Source: Bordetella parapertussis
GTDB taxonomy: Bacteria; Pseudomonadota; Gammaproteobacteria; Burkholderiales; SG8-39
NCBI GenBank assembly: GCA_945861875.1
Contig: CAMAWC010000008.1
Span: 4,766 to 68,765 of the forward strand
Direction of reading: 5' to 3'
DNA length: 64,000 nt
This document shows, one piece after another, positions 9,485-19,244 of the stretch (position 1 is its first letter; each line of letters begins with the position of its first letter). Under the pieces are notes generated by a model, which saw nothing but the letters and a program-made list of their open reading frames with translations, had not been told where the DNA came from and searched no databases. The position numbers and the translations under genes were made by a program.

Positions 9485-10393
9485 TTAGCCTGCGAATTCG
9501 GGCTCGGGCAAACCCTTCACGCCGGGCCGCACCGCCAGCAGGCAACCGCTGAGCGGTTGCTGCGCCAGTTCGCGCTCGGGCATGCGCCGCGTCGCGGTGG
9601 TGATGTACAGGATGTCCAGATCCTTGCCGCCGAAGGCGAGGCTGGTCGGACGACGCACCGGCAGGTTGATCACCATGTCGACGCGGCCGCGCGGATCGTG
9701 CCGCGTCACGCACCAGCCGTCGATATTCGCGCTCCAGAAGCAACCGTCGGCGTCAACCGTCGAGCCATCGCAGATGCCGCGGCCCACCGGTATCTCGGTG
9801 AACAGGCGCCGGTTGTGGACATTGCCCGAGGTGTCGTCATAGTCGAACACGTCGATGCGGTAGCTGAATGAATCGCTGAAATACATCAGGCGATTGTCCG
9901 GGCTGAACGACAGTCCGTTGTTGCAGGTGACCCCGTCCATGAACTGGTGCACCGACAGGTCCGCATCCAGGCGCCACATGCGTCCGCGCGGCGTATACGG
10001 GGCGGCCTGCACAGTGCCGGTGAAAAAACGTCCCGCGCGGCACACCTTGCCGTCGTTGAAGCGATTGCCCGGCCGGTCGGTTTCGGGCTGCACCAGCACG
10101 GTCAGCTTGCCGCTGGCCGCATCGAAGGTATAGAGCCCCGAGCGCATGCCGACAATCAGCCCGCCCTTGGCGCGCAAGCCGATAGAGCCGACTTCCTCCT
10201 CGAACGGCCAGCTGGTTTTCTTGTTGGTCGACGGATCGAGGCGATGGATCTTCTGGCCCATGCCATCGACCCACCACAGCAGCTGCGCCTTGGCGTCCCA
10301 GATGGCCGACTCGCCGAGAATGTCCTTGCTTGCGTCGATCACCTCGATCTGCGGCGAAACCATGTCTATGGCACGGGTTCTTGCGGTCTGCAC
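9485..10393 (-). CDS. SMP-30/gluconolactonase/LRE family protein
   Basis: 302-aa ORF with a GTG start 9 nt after AAGGAG. Motifs GESAIWD...LWWVD...NRFNDGKVCRAGRFF...NGLSFSPD are typical of regucalcin-type lactonases. Confidence 0.85.
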   Translation of the reverse strand: MQTARTRAIDMVSPQIEVIDASKDILGESAIWDAKAQLLWWVDGMGQKIHRLDPSTNKKTSWPFEEEVGSIGLRAKGGLIVGMRSGLYTFDAASGKLTVLVQPETDRPGNRFNDGKVCRAGRFFTGTVQAAPYTPRGRMWRLDADLSVHQFMDGVTCNNGLSFSPDNRLMYFSDSFSYRIDVFDYDDTSGNVHNRRLFTEIPVGRGICDGSTVDADGCFWSANIDGWCVTRHDPRGRVDMVINLPVRRPTSLAFGGKDLDILYITTATRRMPERELAQQPLSGCLLAVRPGVKGLPEPEFAG

Positions 10394-10682
10394 TTCGATT
10401 CACTCCTTTAGACACAAAAAATAATCATACCTCTTTCTGCGCGTCCGTCCGACAATATGGGGCACGCCTCAATCAAAACCCCGCTCACACCGCCTCACCC
10501 CCGCGCCAGGGGTAAGACACAGCCAGGCGGCGGCCCACAGGCTGGCATGGCGTTCCTTGCTGAAATAGAAATAGGCTCCCACCGCATGCACGATGCCCAG
10601 CAGGGCCAACAGTGCCCGCCCGAAGATCACCGCCCGTTCACCGACGCCAACTCCCCGGCGACAGGTGACTGAAGCACATCCC

Positions 10683-12320
10683 CTAGTCGCCCCGCCGGGG
10701 CAATATGGCCTTCAAGCTGGTTTTGACTTCGATGAAGTAAGGCCCGGTGGCGGCGAGGCCGCGCGCCAGCGCATCGGCTATGGCAGCGTTCTCGGTGATG
10801 CGTTCGGCCGGCATGCCGAAGCCCTCGGCGATGCGGACAAAATCCGGATTGAAAAGCGAAGTACCCACATGGCGCCCCGGATGCTGTCGTTCCTGATGGA
10901 TGCGGATGGACGCGTATGCGTCGTTGTTCGAGAGAATAAACAGTATCGGCAGGCGCCGCTCAATGGCTGCGATCATCTCATTGCCGGTCATCATGAAGCC
11001 GCCGTCCCCGACCAGGCAAATCACCCTGGCCTGCGGCTGGCGCAGTTGCGAGGCGATCGCCGCAGGCGTGCCATACCCCATGGCGCCGGAGAGCGGCGCC
11101 ATCAGCCGCTGCGGATAAGTAAAAGGAAAATGCCGGTAGACCGGGGCGGCAAAGGTTCCGGCATCAAGGCAGAGGATCGCGTTCGCCGGCGCCTGCCGCG
11201 CCAGGGCACGCACCACATCCGAAAAGGCAATGCCATCGTCGGCCTGCACCGCCGGCCATGCGGCAATGTTTTCGAATATGCCGCGCAACTGCAGGCACCA
11301 GTCGCGCCGCACATCTGATACGGCAGCCTGCGCACGCGGCGTCAGGTCTGCCGTCAGGGACACCGGGTCGCATGTCAGGCCGAAATCGGGGGCGAAGTGC
11401 AGGCCGACGACATGCTCGTCCGGATAGCAATGCACCAGGGTCTGCCGCGGCCGTGGCAGCAATGGAAAGCTGTAATTCTGGCTGGTGATGTCGTCGAGCC
11501 GCGTCCCCAGCGCCAGAATCAGGTCGCTCGAATGAAAGGCCGCCATCTGGTCTTGCCGATTGGACAATCCCAGATCGCCGACATACAGGGGATGACGGTT
11601 GGGAAACAGGTCGTGGCGGCGAAAAGCGACGGCCACCGGGATGTGCCAGGACTCGGCGAAGGCAAGCAATGTCTCGCGCCCCTGCGGCCGGTCAAATGCG
11701 CCGCCGGCGACAATCAGCGGCCTTTGGGCCTGTTCCAGTTGCGCCCTCAGTGCATCGAGCGTGGCTGTCGTCGCGGTGGTGGGCGCGTTGGCACGGGCCA
11801 CCCAGGCGGGCTGCGTGCCCGCCTCTTCCTGAATATCTTCGGGGATCACCAGCACCACCGGACCCGGCGTGCCCGATGTGGCCATGCGAATCGCCTTGAA
11901 GGCGATCTGGCCAAGCTGCGCGGCATCGGTGGGCTCGACCACCCACTTGGCGATGGTTCCGAACATTTTCTGGTAATCGATCTCCTGGAACGCCTCGCGG
12001 CGCAAATCCTTTTTGCAGACCTGGCCGATGACCAATATCAACGGGATGGCGTCCTGCTGCGCGGTGTGGATCGCGATCGAGGCGTTGGATGCGCCCGGTC
12101 CGCGGCTGACCATGAGCACGCCGGGACGTCGTGTCAGACGCCCGTCGGCGCAGGCCATGAATCCGGCTCCGGCTTCGTGCCGGCAGGTCACCACGTCGAT
12201 GGACGGAAAGTCGGCCAGCGCATCCAGAATGCCGATGTAGCTTTCACCGGGCACCTGGAAAATGCGGTCAATGCCATTGGCCGCAAAAACCGACAACATT
12301 GCGTGCGAGGATGTTTTCAA
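10683..12320 (-). CDS. Thiamine-pyrophosphate-dependent enzyme (acetolactate synthase-like family)
   Basis: 545 aa. N-terminal TPP-pyrimidine domain (GIDRIFQVPGESYIGILDAL...RHEAGAGFMACADGRLT...SRGPGASN) and C-terminal GDGGFMM TPP-binding motif. The start is uncertain: TTG at 12320 or ATG 21 nt downstream. Confidence 0.85.
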   Translation of the reverse strand: MKTSSHAMLSVFAANGIDRIFQVPGESYIGILDALADFPSIDVVTCRHEAGAGFMACADGRLTRRPGVLMVSRGPGASNASIAIHTAQQDAIPLILVIGQVCKKDLRREAFQEIDYQKMFGTIAKWVVEPTDAAQLGQIAFKAIRMATSGTPGPVVLVIPEDIQEEAGTQPAWVARANAPTTATTATLDALRAQLEQAQRPLIVAGGAFDRPQGRETLLAFAESWHIPVAVAFRRHDLFPNRHPLYVGDLGLSNRQDQMAAFHSSDLILALGTRLDDITSQNYSFPLLPRPRQTLVHCYPDEHVVGLHFAPDFGLTCDPVSLTADLTPRAQAAVSDVRRDWCLQLRGIFENIAAWPAVQADDGIAFSDVVRALARQAPANAILCLDAGTFAAPVYRHFPFTYPQRLMAPLSGAMGYGTPAAIASQLRQPQARVICLVGDGGFMMTGNEMIAAIERRLPILFILSNNDAYASIRIHQERQHPGRHVGTSLFNPDFVRIAEGFGMPAERITENAAIADALARGLAATGPYFIEVKTSLKAILPRRGD

Positions 12321-12338
12321 TTTACTTGCGCCATCTGA

Positions 12339-13331
12339 TTACGTTCTTCGGGCCGGCAGACTATCCGATCGTCCAAGCCCGCGCAGCAAGGCAAGCAAAA
12401 TATCACACAGCGGCGTGGCGACACGGGACTCGCGCGCAAATGCAAGCGTCTGGCCAAGCAGTGCCTCGGTTTCAAGCGTGCGCCCCGCCAGCACATCCTG
12501 CAGCATCGATGTGCGGTGCGTGGGGCTGCGTTTTTCAGGCGCCAGCCAGGCATCGACATCCATCTCCGATTGCAAGTCACAGCCGCTGGCCCTGGCCACC
12601 TCCAGCACCTCGTACATGACGCCGGTGAGGCAGGCGCGAAGCTGTGCGTCCGTAGTGAGGTGGAGGGTGGCCAGCCGCGTCAGCGCCGAAACCGGATTGA
12701 GCGATGCATTGATCAGTAATTTTTTCCAGATCTCGCGGCGCAGGTCCTTGCTGCCTGATGCGTCAAAACCGGCTTGCTGGAACAGCCCCACCAAGGCGTT
12801 CAATCGCGGCGATGAAGGCGCGACAGGATCGCCCAGAAGCCAGCTGTCGCCGGGCGTGCCCTCGATGACACCGGGCGCGATGACTTCATTGCTGGCGTGG
12901 CAGACACAGGCCAGCGTCCTCTGCCTGAGCAGCCGCCACAACGCCCCGGCCGGGTCGAGCAGTGCGAGCGGGCCCTCTTTGCCTCCGGGCAGGCCATGCT
13001 GCCACCACCAGGGAATGCCGTTGAGCACAAATAATGCGGTCCCCTCCGGCTTTAACAGGCGATGGATGGCCGCCGCCGCAGCGGGCAACGCCGGCGCCTT
13101 GAGCGCCACAATGACCAGGTCCTGTGCCGGCAGGCTTTGCGGCGCATCACTCGCCGCGCACGGTCGACCGGCATACTCGGCCCCGCCGATCCTGAGCATC
13201 AGGCCCTGGCGCTGAACGGCCGCGAGGTGCGTCCCGCGCGCCACAATTGAGGTCTCTTCGCAGCCCGCTGCAAGAAGGCGCGCGGCGATGTGTCCTCCAA
13301 CCGCACCGGCGCCAAATACGCAAATCTTCAC
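12339..13331 (-). CDS. 2-dehydropantoate 2-reductase (PanE/ApbA) family oxidoreductase
   Basis: 330 aa with a GTG start. Rossmann N-terminus KICVFGAGAVGGHIAARL and a ketopantoate-reductase-like C-terminal helical domain. Confidence 0.8.
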   Translation of the reverse strand: MKICVFGAGAVGGHIAARLLAAGCEETSIVARGTHLAAVQRQGLMLRIGGAEYAGRPCAASDAPQSLPAQDLVIVALKAPALPAAAAAIHRLLKPEGTALFVLNGIPWWWQHGLPGGKEGPLALLDPAGALWRLLRQRTLACVCHASNEVIAPGVIEGTPGDSWLLGDPVAPSSPRLNALVGLFQQAGFDASGSKDLRREIWKKLLINASLNPVSALTRLATLHLTTDAQLRACLTGVMYEVLEVARASGCDLQSEMDVDAWLAPEKRSPTHRTSMLQDVLAGRTLETEALLGQTLAFARESRVATPLCDILLALLRGLGRSDSLPARRT

Positions 13332-13337
13332 TACTGT

Positions 13338-14342
13338 TCAGTCAGCTTTGATATTGGCCTGCCTGATCACATCGCGCCACTTGGCAATCTCGGATTTGAT
13401 AAAGGCCGCGTACTCCTCCGGGCTGCTGCCCACCGGCTCGCTCGCCTGCGAGAGTATGCGTTCCTGTATTTCCGGTGTGGCGACGATACGCACCACGTCG
13501 GCCGATATTTTCCTGATCAACGCCGGGGGCGTCGCAGCAGGCGCCATGAAACCGAACCAGGCCGTGACCTCGAAGCCGCTGACACCCGCCTCCGACATGG
13601 TGGGAACATCCGGCGCCGATGCCGAGCGCTTGGTGCTGGTGATGGCGATGGGGCGCAGGGTGCCGGCCTTGATGTGCGGCAACAGCACCGGGGCGTTGTG
13701 GAACAACACCTCGATTTGCCCGCCAATCGCCTCGGTTGTCATTTGCGCGCTCGATTTGTACGGTATGCCGACCAGGTTGATGTCGGCCAAAGTATTGAGC
13801 AATTCACCCGACAGGTGCTGGGTGGTGCCGGCGCCAGCCGTGCCATAGCGCAGTTTGCCCGGCTCTTTTTTGGCCATGGCAATGAGCTCGGCCAGATTGC
13901 GGACCGGTAATTTTGGATTGACGGTCAGCAGATTGGGCATCTTGATCACAAGGCTGACCGGCGCGAGGTCCTTGACCGGATCGTAGGGCAGCTTGTCACC
14001 GAACAAGGTGACGTTGACCGCAATCGGCCCGATGGTGTTAAAGAGCAGCGTATAGCCGTCGGGCAGAGCCTTGGCGACGCGGTCGGTGCCGATGTTGCCC
14101 GACGCGCCGACGACGTTTTCAATCACCACCGGTTGGCCCCAGACATCCGAGAGTTTCTGGCCGATGACGCGCACAATGGTATCGGGGGCGCTGCCCGCCG
14201 GGGCCGGCACCACCACCCGCACCGGCTTGTCGGGCCAGGGACGCTGCTGCGCCTGCACTGTGGCCGCGCAAAGCATCAGCAGACTGCCGCCCAGAACCGC
14301 GACCAGTTGGGAATAAACGCCGCGCTGCAGGATGGTTTTCAT
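13338..14342 (-). CDS. Bug-family (TctC-like) periplasmic substrate-binding protein
   Basis: 334 aa. Signal peptide followed by QQRPWPDKPVRVVVPAPAGSAPD...VVIENVVGASG. Confidence 0.9.
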   Translation of the reverse strand: MKTILQRGVYSQLVAVLGGSLLMLCAATVQAQQRPWPDKPVRVVVPAPAGSAPDTIVRVIGQKLSDVWGQPVVIENVVGASGNIGTDRVAKALPDGYTLLFNTIGPIAVNVTLFGDKLPYDPVKDLAPVSLVIKMPNLLTVNPKLPVRNLAELIAMAKKEPGKLRYGTAGAGTTQHLSGELLNTLADINLVGIPYKSSAQMTTEAIGGQIEVLFHNAPVLLPHIKAGTLRPIAITSTKRSASAPDVPTMSEAGVSGFEVTAWFGFMAPAATPPALIRKISADVVRIVATPEIQERILSQASEPVGSSPEEYAAFIKSEIAKWRDVIRQANIKAD

Positions 14343-14369
14343 GTATGCCGCCTCCTCACAAGATAACTA

Positions 14370-14750
14370 TTATTTTTCCGCTTGCGCCGAACGCACAAAT
14401 TTCTGCGGCACGCGCACCTGCATCCCCAGCAGTATGAACGAGTTGCTCTTGCCGTGGCCATCGAGATTGAGGCTGCCGTTGACGCCACCTTCGAGCACCT
14501 CGTCGATGACAAAATTGAACGCCGGCAACAGCGGCAGATCGTGCCGCGTGACACGCACCGCGCCGCGATGGGCATACAGCGCCAATACCCGCTCCTCGGT
14601 GAGTTGCTCGGCCAGCACCGCATAGGCCGCGGCATCGTAGGGCATCACGCTGACATTCAAGCGATTGCCTTTGTCGCCGGCGCGACCGTGCGCCACGCTG
14701 TGCAGGGGCACGCTCACCAAAGCTTCACCCGGTTTTGCGGCTGCAGTCAT
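14370..14750 (-). CDS. Small AtuA-associated protein (appears to match the C-terminal extension of long AtuA homologues)
   Basis: Start MTAAAKPGEALVSVPLHSVAHGRAGDKGNRLNVSV at ATG 14750-14748. It overlaps the upstream stop as ATGA, which implies translational coupling. The longer track ORF to 14879 overlaps the AtuA-like gene and is unlikely. The family call is from memory only. Confidence 0.6.
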   Translation of the reverse strand: MTAAAKPGEALVSVPLHSVAHGRAGDKGNRLNVSVMPYDAAAYAVLAEQLTEERVLALYAHRGAVRVTRHDLPLLPAFNFVIDEVLEGGVNGSLNLDGHGKSNSFILLGMQVRVPQKFVRSAQAEK

Positions 14751-16129
14751 TGGTCTATCTCCATGGCGCTTTTCACCCAATAGCCCGGGGCGAGGTCGGA
14801 GGGCAGCATCAAATACGACTGCGTGCGAATGCGCGGCGTGGTGCGCCAGCGCACACCGCCGCCGCCGGCCGGACCGCAACAGTACAAGGCCAGTGCCTCG
14901 CGCGCCGCCTGGTCCGCATCGTCCTGGCTGCGCGCCGACACCGCCAGCCGCACCCGGATGTCCTGCGCATCGCTATGCGCGTCCGTTCGCCACCGGCTGC
15001 CGCTGTCGCCCGAGTGCACGCTGGCAATGCCGATCAAATCCACCCGCGCCTCGACCGCGAGCTTGCGCAACTTCAGGCGCTGCAACAACACATCGGCCGC
15101 CGCCTTGGCGCGCGCCACACAGTTGGGCCCGGCGTAGGAAATTTCGCCCTCGCCCAACCAGCCGCCGTCAAAACAAACCGTGGCCTTGATTGTTTGCGGC
15201 GCAGGACCGCCGCGAACGCCGTTCACCTGCACCCGGTTTTCGCCGATCTCCACCACCGTCACCTGCGAAAAATCGAGCGTCACATCAGGCGTGATGTAGT
15301 GCCCGGGATCGTGAATTTCGTAGAGTAACTGCTCCTTCACCACCTGTGCGTTGACCAATCCACCGGTGCGCGCGGCCTTGGTGATGACCAGACGGCCATC
15401 GGCATGCACCTCTGCAATCGGGAAACCGATATTGGCCGGATCGGGAATCTCTTTGTAGCCCGGGTCATAGTAATAGCCGCCGGTAACCTGTGCGCCGCAT
15501 TCGAGCAAATGCCCTGCGGTTGCGCCGACGGCAAGTTTGGCCCAGTCATCGTAGGCCCAGCCGAAGTGATGAATCAGTGGCGCGAGCGCAAGCGAAGGAT
15601 CGCCGGTGCGGCCGGTGACAACCACCTGCGCACCGGCCTTGAGCGCATCGACCATGGGCCTGGCCGACAAATACGCATTGGCCGAAACAACGTCGCCCCC
15701 GCCCATATTGAGTCCGGTATCGGCCTCGTAGACTTCGTGCGTTGTTATATCGAGCCGGTCGCGCACATCGTCGCCATAAACCACGGCAATTTTCAGCTCT
15801 GGCAGCCCCAGGCGCAGCGCGAGCTTGGCGATGAGTTTGGCGGCGCCCGGCGGATTGGCTGCGCCAAAATTGCCGATGATGGGAATGCCGTGCTCGGCAC
15901 AACGTACCAGTATGGGTTCGAGCAGGCGCTCGAGCATCGGCTCGTAGCCGCGCTGCGGGTCGCGGCGCTTTTCCAGCTGCGCCAGGGCCACCGTGCGCTC
16001 CCCCAGTGTTTCAAAAAACACCGCGCATGGCCCACCCCACTCGATCAGCGTATCGACCACCGGCCCGGGCGCATCCACCCTGTCGCCGGAAAAGCCGGCG
16101 CAATTGCCCACCCGAAATATGTCTGCCAT
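14747..16129 (-). CDS. Acyclic terpene utilisation AtuA-like (DUF1446) family protein
   Basis: 460 aa. N-terminus MADIFRVGNCAGFSGDRVDAP...FFETLGERTVALAQL...RGYEPML...IIGNFGAANPPGAA...KIAVVYGDDV matches the DUF1446 pattern as I recall it. Confidence 0.75.
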   Translation of the reverse strand: MADIFRVGNCAGFSGDRVDAPGPVVDTLIEWGGPCAVFFETLGERTVALAQLEKRRDPQRGYEPMLERLLEPILVRCAEHGIPIIGNFGAANPPGAAKLIAKLALRLGLPELKIAVVYGDDVRDRLDITTHEVYEADTGLNMGGGDVVSANAYLSARPMVDALKAGAQVVVTGRTGDPSLALAPLIHHFGWAYDDWAKLAVGATAGHLLECGAQVTGGYYYDPGYKEIPDPANIGFPIAEVHADGRLVITKAARTGGLVNAQVVKEQLLYEIHDPGHYITPDVTLDFSQVTVVEIGENRVQVNGVRGGPAPQTIKATVCFDGGWLGEGEISYAGPNCVARAKAAADVLLQRLKLRKLAVEARVDLIGIASVHSGDSGSRWRTDAHSDAQDIRVRLAVSARSQDDADQAAREALALYCCGPAGGGGVRWRTTPRIRTQSYLMLPSDLAPGYWVKSAMEIDQ

Positions 16130-16211
16130 CCAGTACCCCCCCCAAGAACGAGCCTGACGATAATTTACCGGCAGGGGCTCATTCTAAGCTCCGGGGCCGG
16201 ATGAGATTGGA

Positions 16212-16263
16212 GAATGCAGGATCGGCGTCGGCTCGCTGCCAGACAACCAGTGATCCTGCATTC
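16212..16263. promoter_or_regulatory. 12-bp perfect inverted repeat (GAATGCAGGATC ... GATCCTGCATTC) with a 28-nt spacer, between a Bug gene and the AtuA-like gene
   Basis: Read directly from the sequence. It lies in the 246-bp spacer upstream of the AtuA-like start. Function (operator, attenuator or terminator) is unknown. Confidence 0.25.
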
Positions 16264-16375
16264 CGCGCAAAAGACCCCGTATCTGGCCGATCTCCCACCA
16301 CCGCCTTTGATGGCACCCGAAAATCGAACAGGGAATCAGAAGCGATTTAGCGTCACAATCAGAACTCCTGGGTCC

Positions 16376-17332
16376 TTACTGCGGCTGGATCTTCAGCGCC
16401 TTCAGGGTCCTCTCCCACGGCGCCGCATCCTCCTTGATGAACGCCGCGAACTGTTCCGGCGTGTAAGGCATGGGCGTCAGGCCGTCGGTGGCGAAACGCA
16501 TCTTCGCCTCCTCGGACGCGACGGCGGCGAGAACCTCGTGGTTGAGGCGGTCGACAATCGCCCTGGGCGTGCCGGCCGGCGCGAACATGGCAAACCAGCC
16601 GCGCATGGTCATGCCGGGAAAACCGATCTCCTTGAATGTCGGCACGTCCGCAAGCAGGGGCGAGCGTTCCTCCGAAGTCACGCCGAGCGCGCGCAGCTTG
16701 CCCGCGCGCACCTGCGGCATCGCAGTCACCACGGTGTCGAAGAACATCTGCACCTGGCCGGACAGCAGGTCGGTCAGCGCAGGCGCCGAGCCGCGGTAGT
16801 GAATGTCGGTGATCGCAACCCCTGCAAGCGCCTCGAAGCGCTCATTGATCAGGTGGGTGCCGCCGCCCAGGCCGAGCGACACCGCGTTGAGCTTGGCTGG
16901 CTCGCGTTTTGCATAGTCGATCAACTCGCGGACGGTTTTCGCCGGCACCGCCGGATTGACGGTCAGCACATAGGGATAGCCCGCGATTGCGGCGACCGGC
17001 ACGAAGTCGTCCATCTTGTAGCTCGGCGCCTGCGTCAGCATCACGTTCAGCATGATGGCGTTGGCGGTAACCAGCAGCGTGTAGCCGTCGGGCGTCGCGC
17101 GCGCGACGGCACCGGTGCCGATCATCGTTGCGCCACCGCCCTGGTTTTCGATGATGATGGGCTGGCCGAGCGCGGCCGAGAGTTTCGGGCTGATCAGTCG
17201 CATCATCTGGTCGGTGGACCCGCCCGCCGGGTAGGGAACAATCACCCTCACCGGTTTTGCGGGCCAGGACTGGGCCGTCGCCGTGGATGCCACAAGGACC
17301 ATGCAGGCCAGCAGCCATTTGATGTGGGTCAT
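16376..17332 (-). CDS. Bug-family (TctC-like) periplasmic substrate-binding protein
   Basis: 318 aa: MTHIKWLLACMVLVASTATAQSWPAKPVRVIVPYPAGGSTD...IIIENQGGGA. Confidence 0.9.
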   Translation of the reverse strand: MTHIKWLLACMVLVASTATAQSWPAKPVRVIVPYPAGGSTDQMMRLISPKLSAALGQPIIIENQGGGATMIGTGAVARATPDGYTLLVTANAIMLNVMLTQAPSYKMDDFVPVAAIAGYPYVLTVNPAVPAKTVRELIDYAKREPAKLNAVSLGLGGGTHLINERFEALAGVAITDIHYRGSAPALTDLLSGQVQMFFDTVVTAMPQVRAGKLRALGVTSEERSPLLADVPTFKEIGFPGMTMRGWFAMFAPAGTPRAIVDRLNHEVLAAVASEEAKMRFATDGLTPMPYTPEQFAAFIKEDAAPWERTLKALKIQPQ

Positions 17333-17372
17333 TTTTTTCCTTTCATTCGCAGGTCCGCGTCGCGTCCGCGGT

Positions 17373-18218
17373 TCATTCGTCGACGACGGTGTTTTTCAGT
17401 GTGCCGATGCCCGTGACTTCAACTTCAATCACATCCCCGCCCTTCATGAACACCTGCGGGTCGCGGCGGTTGCCCACCCCTCCCGGTGTCCCGGTCGAGA
17501 TCACGTCGCCCGGCTCGAGGCGGCAGAATGTCGAGATGTAGTTGAGCAGGTATCCGAGGTCCCAGGCCATCAGGTCGAAGCCGCTGTGCTGCATCACCTT
17601 GCCGTTCAGGCGCGTCGTCAGTTCCATTTTCGCCGGATCGGGAATTTCGTCGCGCGTCACCAGCCACGGCCCGAAGGCGCTGCTCGCGTCGAAATTTTTT
17701 CCGGCGGTCACGCTGTGCTTCTGGAAATCGCGCATCGAGCCATCCATCACGATGCTGTAACCGGCGATGTGCTCCATCGCGCGTTCCGCCGGGATGTTCC
17801 GCCCGGCCTTGCCGATGACAATGGCAACCTCGCCCTCGTAGTCGAATCGCTCCGAAGCACGCGGCCGAACGATGGGCTGGCCGTGTCCGACCAGCGACTG
17901 CGGGTGCTTGCTGAACATGTTGGGAAATTCCGGCGCGTCCTTGCCGGTCTCGAGCTGGTGGTCCTTGTACGCCCAGCCCAGCGCGAACATGCGCATGTCC
18001 GTGCGGTGGATCACCGGCAGGAAAGTCAGCTCCGCGATCGCGTATTCGGGCTTCGCACCGGCACACATCGCCAGTGCATCACCCAGCAGGTTCTTCGCCA
18101 GCAAGTCGGCGATACCCGTGCAGCGGCCGCGGAATTTCTCCGTCAGGTCGACAAAACCGTCGCCGACCACCGCACCAAACCGTTCCGCCCCGCCTGCCCG
18201 TACCGTAGAAAGCCGCAT
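17373..18218 (-). CDS. Fumarylacetoacetate hydrolase (FAH) family protein
   Basis: 281 aa. FDYEGEVAIVIGKAGRNI...GYSIVMDGSMRD...LEPGDVISTGTPGGVG is the typical FAH-fold signature. Confidence 0.85.
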   Translation of the reverse strand: MRLSTVRAGGAERFGAVVGDGFVDLTEKFRGRCTGIADLLAKNLLGDALAMCAGAKPEYAIAELTFLPVIHRTDMRMFALGWAYKDHQLETGKDAPEFPNMFSKHPQSLVGHGQPIVRPRASERFDYEGEVAIVIGKAGRNIPAERAMEHIAGYSIVMDGSMRDFQKHSVTAGKNFDASSAFGPWLVTRDEIPDPAKMELTTRLNGKVMQHSGFDLMAWDLGYLLNYISTFCRLEPGDVISTGTPGGVGNRRDPQVFMKGGDVIEVEVTGIGTLKNTVVDE

Positions 18219-18278
18219 CTTAATTCCTCCTCGTTGTCCGGAATCCCGGATGAATGCCCGCCTGTTGTAATGCCTGGC

Positions 18279-19244
18279 TCACTCCGCCTTGATGCCGGCG
18301 GTGCGTGCCAGCTCGATATTCGCCGCGACATCGTTCTTCATCTGCGTGGTGAACACATCGAGCTCCATGGCAACCGGATCGGCGCCGAGGTTCATGATCT
18401 TCTGCCGCACCTCGGGACTGGCCACCAGCCGCATGATGTCCGCAGCCAGTTTCGTCGCAATCGGCTTGGGCAGGTTTGCCGGTGCCAGCACGCCGAACCA
18501 TGTGCCGCTGATCATCTTGTCGATGCCCAGTTCCGCAAAAGTCGGAACGTCGGGCAGCGACGCCGCGCGCTTGTCGCTTGCGATCGCGAGGCCGCGCAGG
18601 CGTCCACCCTTGATAAAGGGCAGCGCGGAGTTCACGCCCGACCACGAGGAATCGATCCGCCCGGCAATCACCGATTCCACCGATTCGTTCGAGCCCTTGA
18701 AAGGGATGTGATTGAATTTCACGCCGACGAGGTAGCCGAAGTATTCACCGCCAAAATGTGTCGTCGTTCCGATACCCGCGGTGCCGTAGGTCATTTCACC
18801 GGGTTTCTCCTTCGCCGCGGCGACATAGGCCTTGACGTCCTTCAGCGGCGAATCGGCGCGCACCACCAGCATGTTCGGCGCGCTCGCTATCATGGCGATG
18901 GGCGTGAAATCCTTCACCACGTCGAAGCGCATGTCCTTGCGCAGTGCCGGGTTCATTGTGTGGGCGTTGGTGGTCACCAGCAGCGTATAGCCGTCGGGTA
19001 CGGCCTTTGCCACCATCTCGCCGGCGATCATGGTGCCCGCGCCGGCCCTGTTCTCGACCACGACGGATTGCTTCCATACCGCCTGCAACTCCGCAGCCAG
19101 CAGCCTCGCCATCACGTCGGTCACGCTGCCCGGCGTCGACCCGGCAATGAAGCGGACCGGCCGGTTGGGATACGACTCCTGCGCCAGCGCGCCGGCGCAA
19201 AGCAACAGTCCCGCGCACATCGAAATAAAACGCATGCTTTTCAT
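18279..19244 (-). CDS. Bug-family (TctC-like) periplasmic substrate-binding protein
   Basis: 321 aa: MKSMRFISMCAGLLLCAGALAQESYPNRPVRFIAGSTPGSVTD...VVVENRAGAG. Strong GGAGGAGGAG RBS. Confidence 0.9.
   Translation of the reverse strand: MKSMRFISMCAGLLLCAGALAQESYPNRPVRFIAGSTPGSVTDVMARLLAAELQAVWKQSVVVENRAGAGTMIAGEMVAKAVPDGYTLLVTTNAHTMNPALRKDMRFDVVKDFTPIAMIASAPNMLVVRADSPLKDVKAYVAAAKEKPGEMTYGTAGIGTTTHFGGEYFGYLVGVKFNHIPFKGSNESVESVIAGRIDSSWSGVNSALPFIKGGRLRGLAIASDKRAASLPDVPTFAELGIDKMISGTWFGVLAPANLPKPIATKLAADIMRLVASPEVRQKIMNLGADPVAMELDVFTTQMKNDVAANIELARTAGIKAE

Noticed and set aside
8487-9743. Long N-terminal extensions of track ORFs: Bug 8487-9743, cysM 37685-39037, gyrA to 56279, the serA-like gene to 52418, hyuA to 23414, NmrA to 28393 and the integrase from 61430
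   Set aside because: The extensions are Arg-rich or overlap neighbouring genes. Internal ATGs with good RBSs give canonical N-termini (signal peptide, Rossmann fold, conserved family starts).
10500-10660. Possible ~53-codon minus-strand ORF with one hydrophobic helix (VIFGRALLALLGIVHAVGAYFYF...) in the spacer between the TPP enzyme and the lactonase
   Set aside because: It has only a GTG start, no RBS and no recognisable family. It could be a TctB-like remnant, but the evidence is too thin to call. The plus-strand ORF 10457-10672 looks non-coding.
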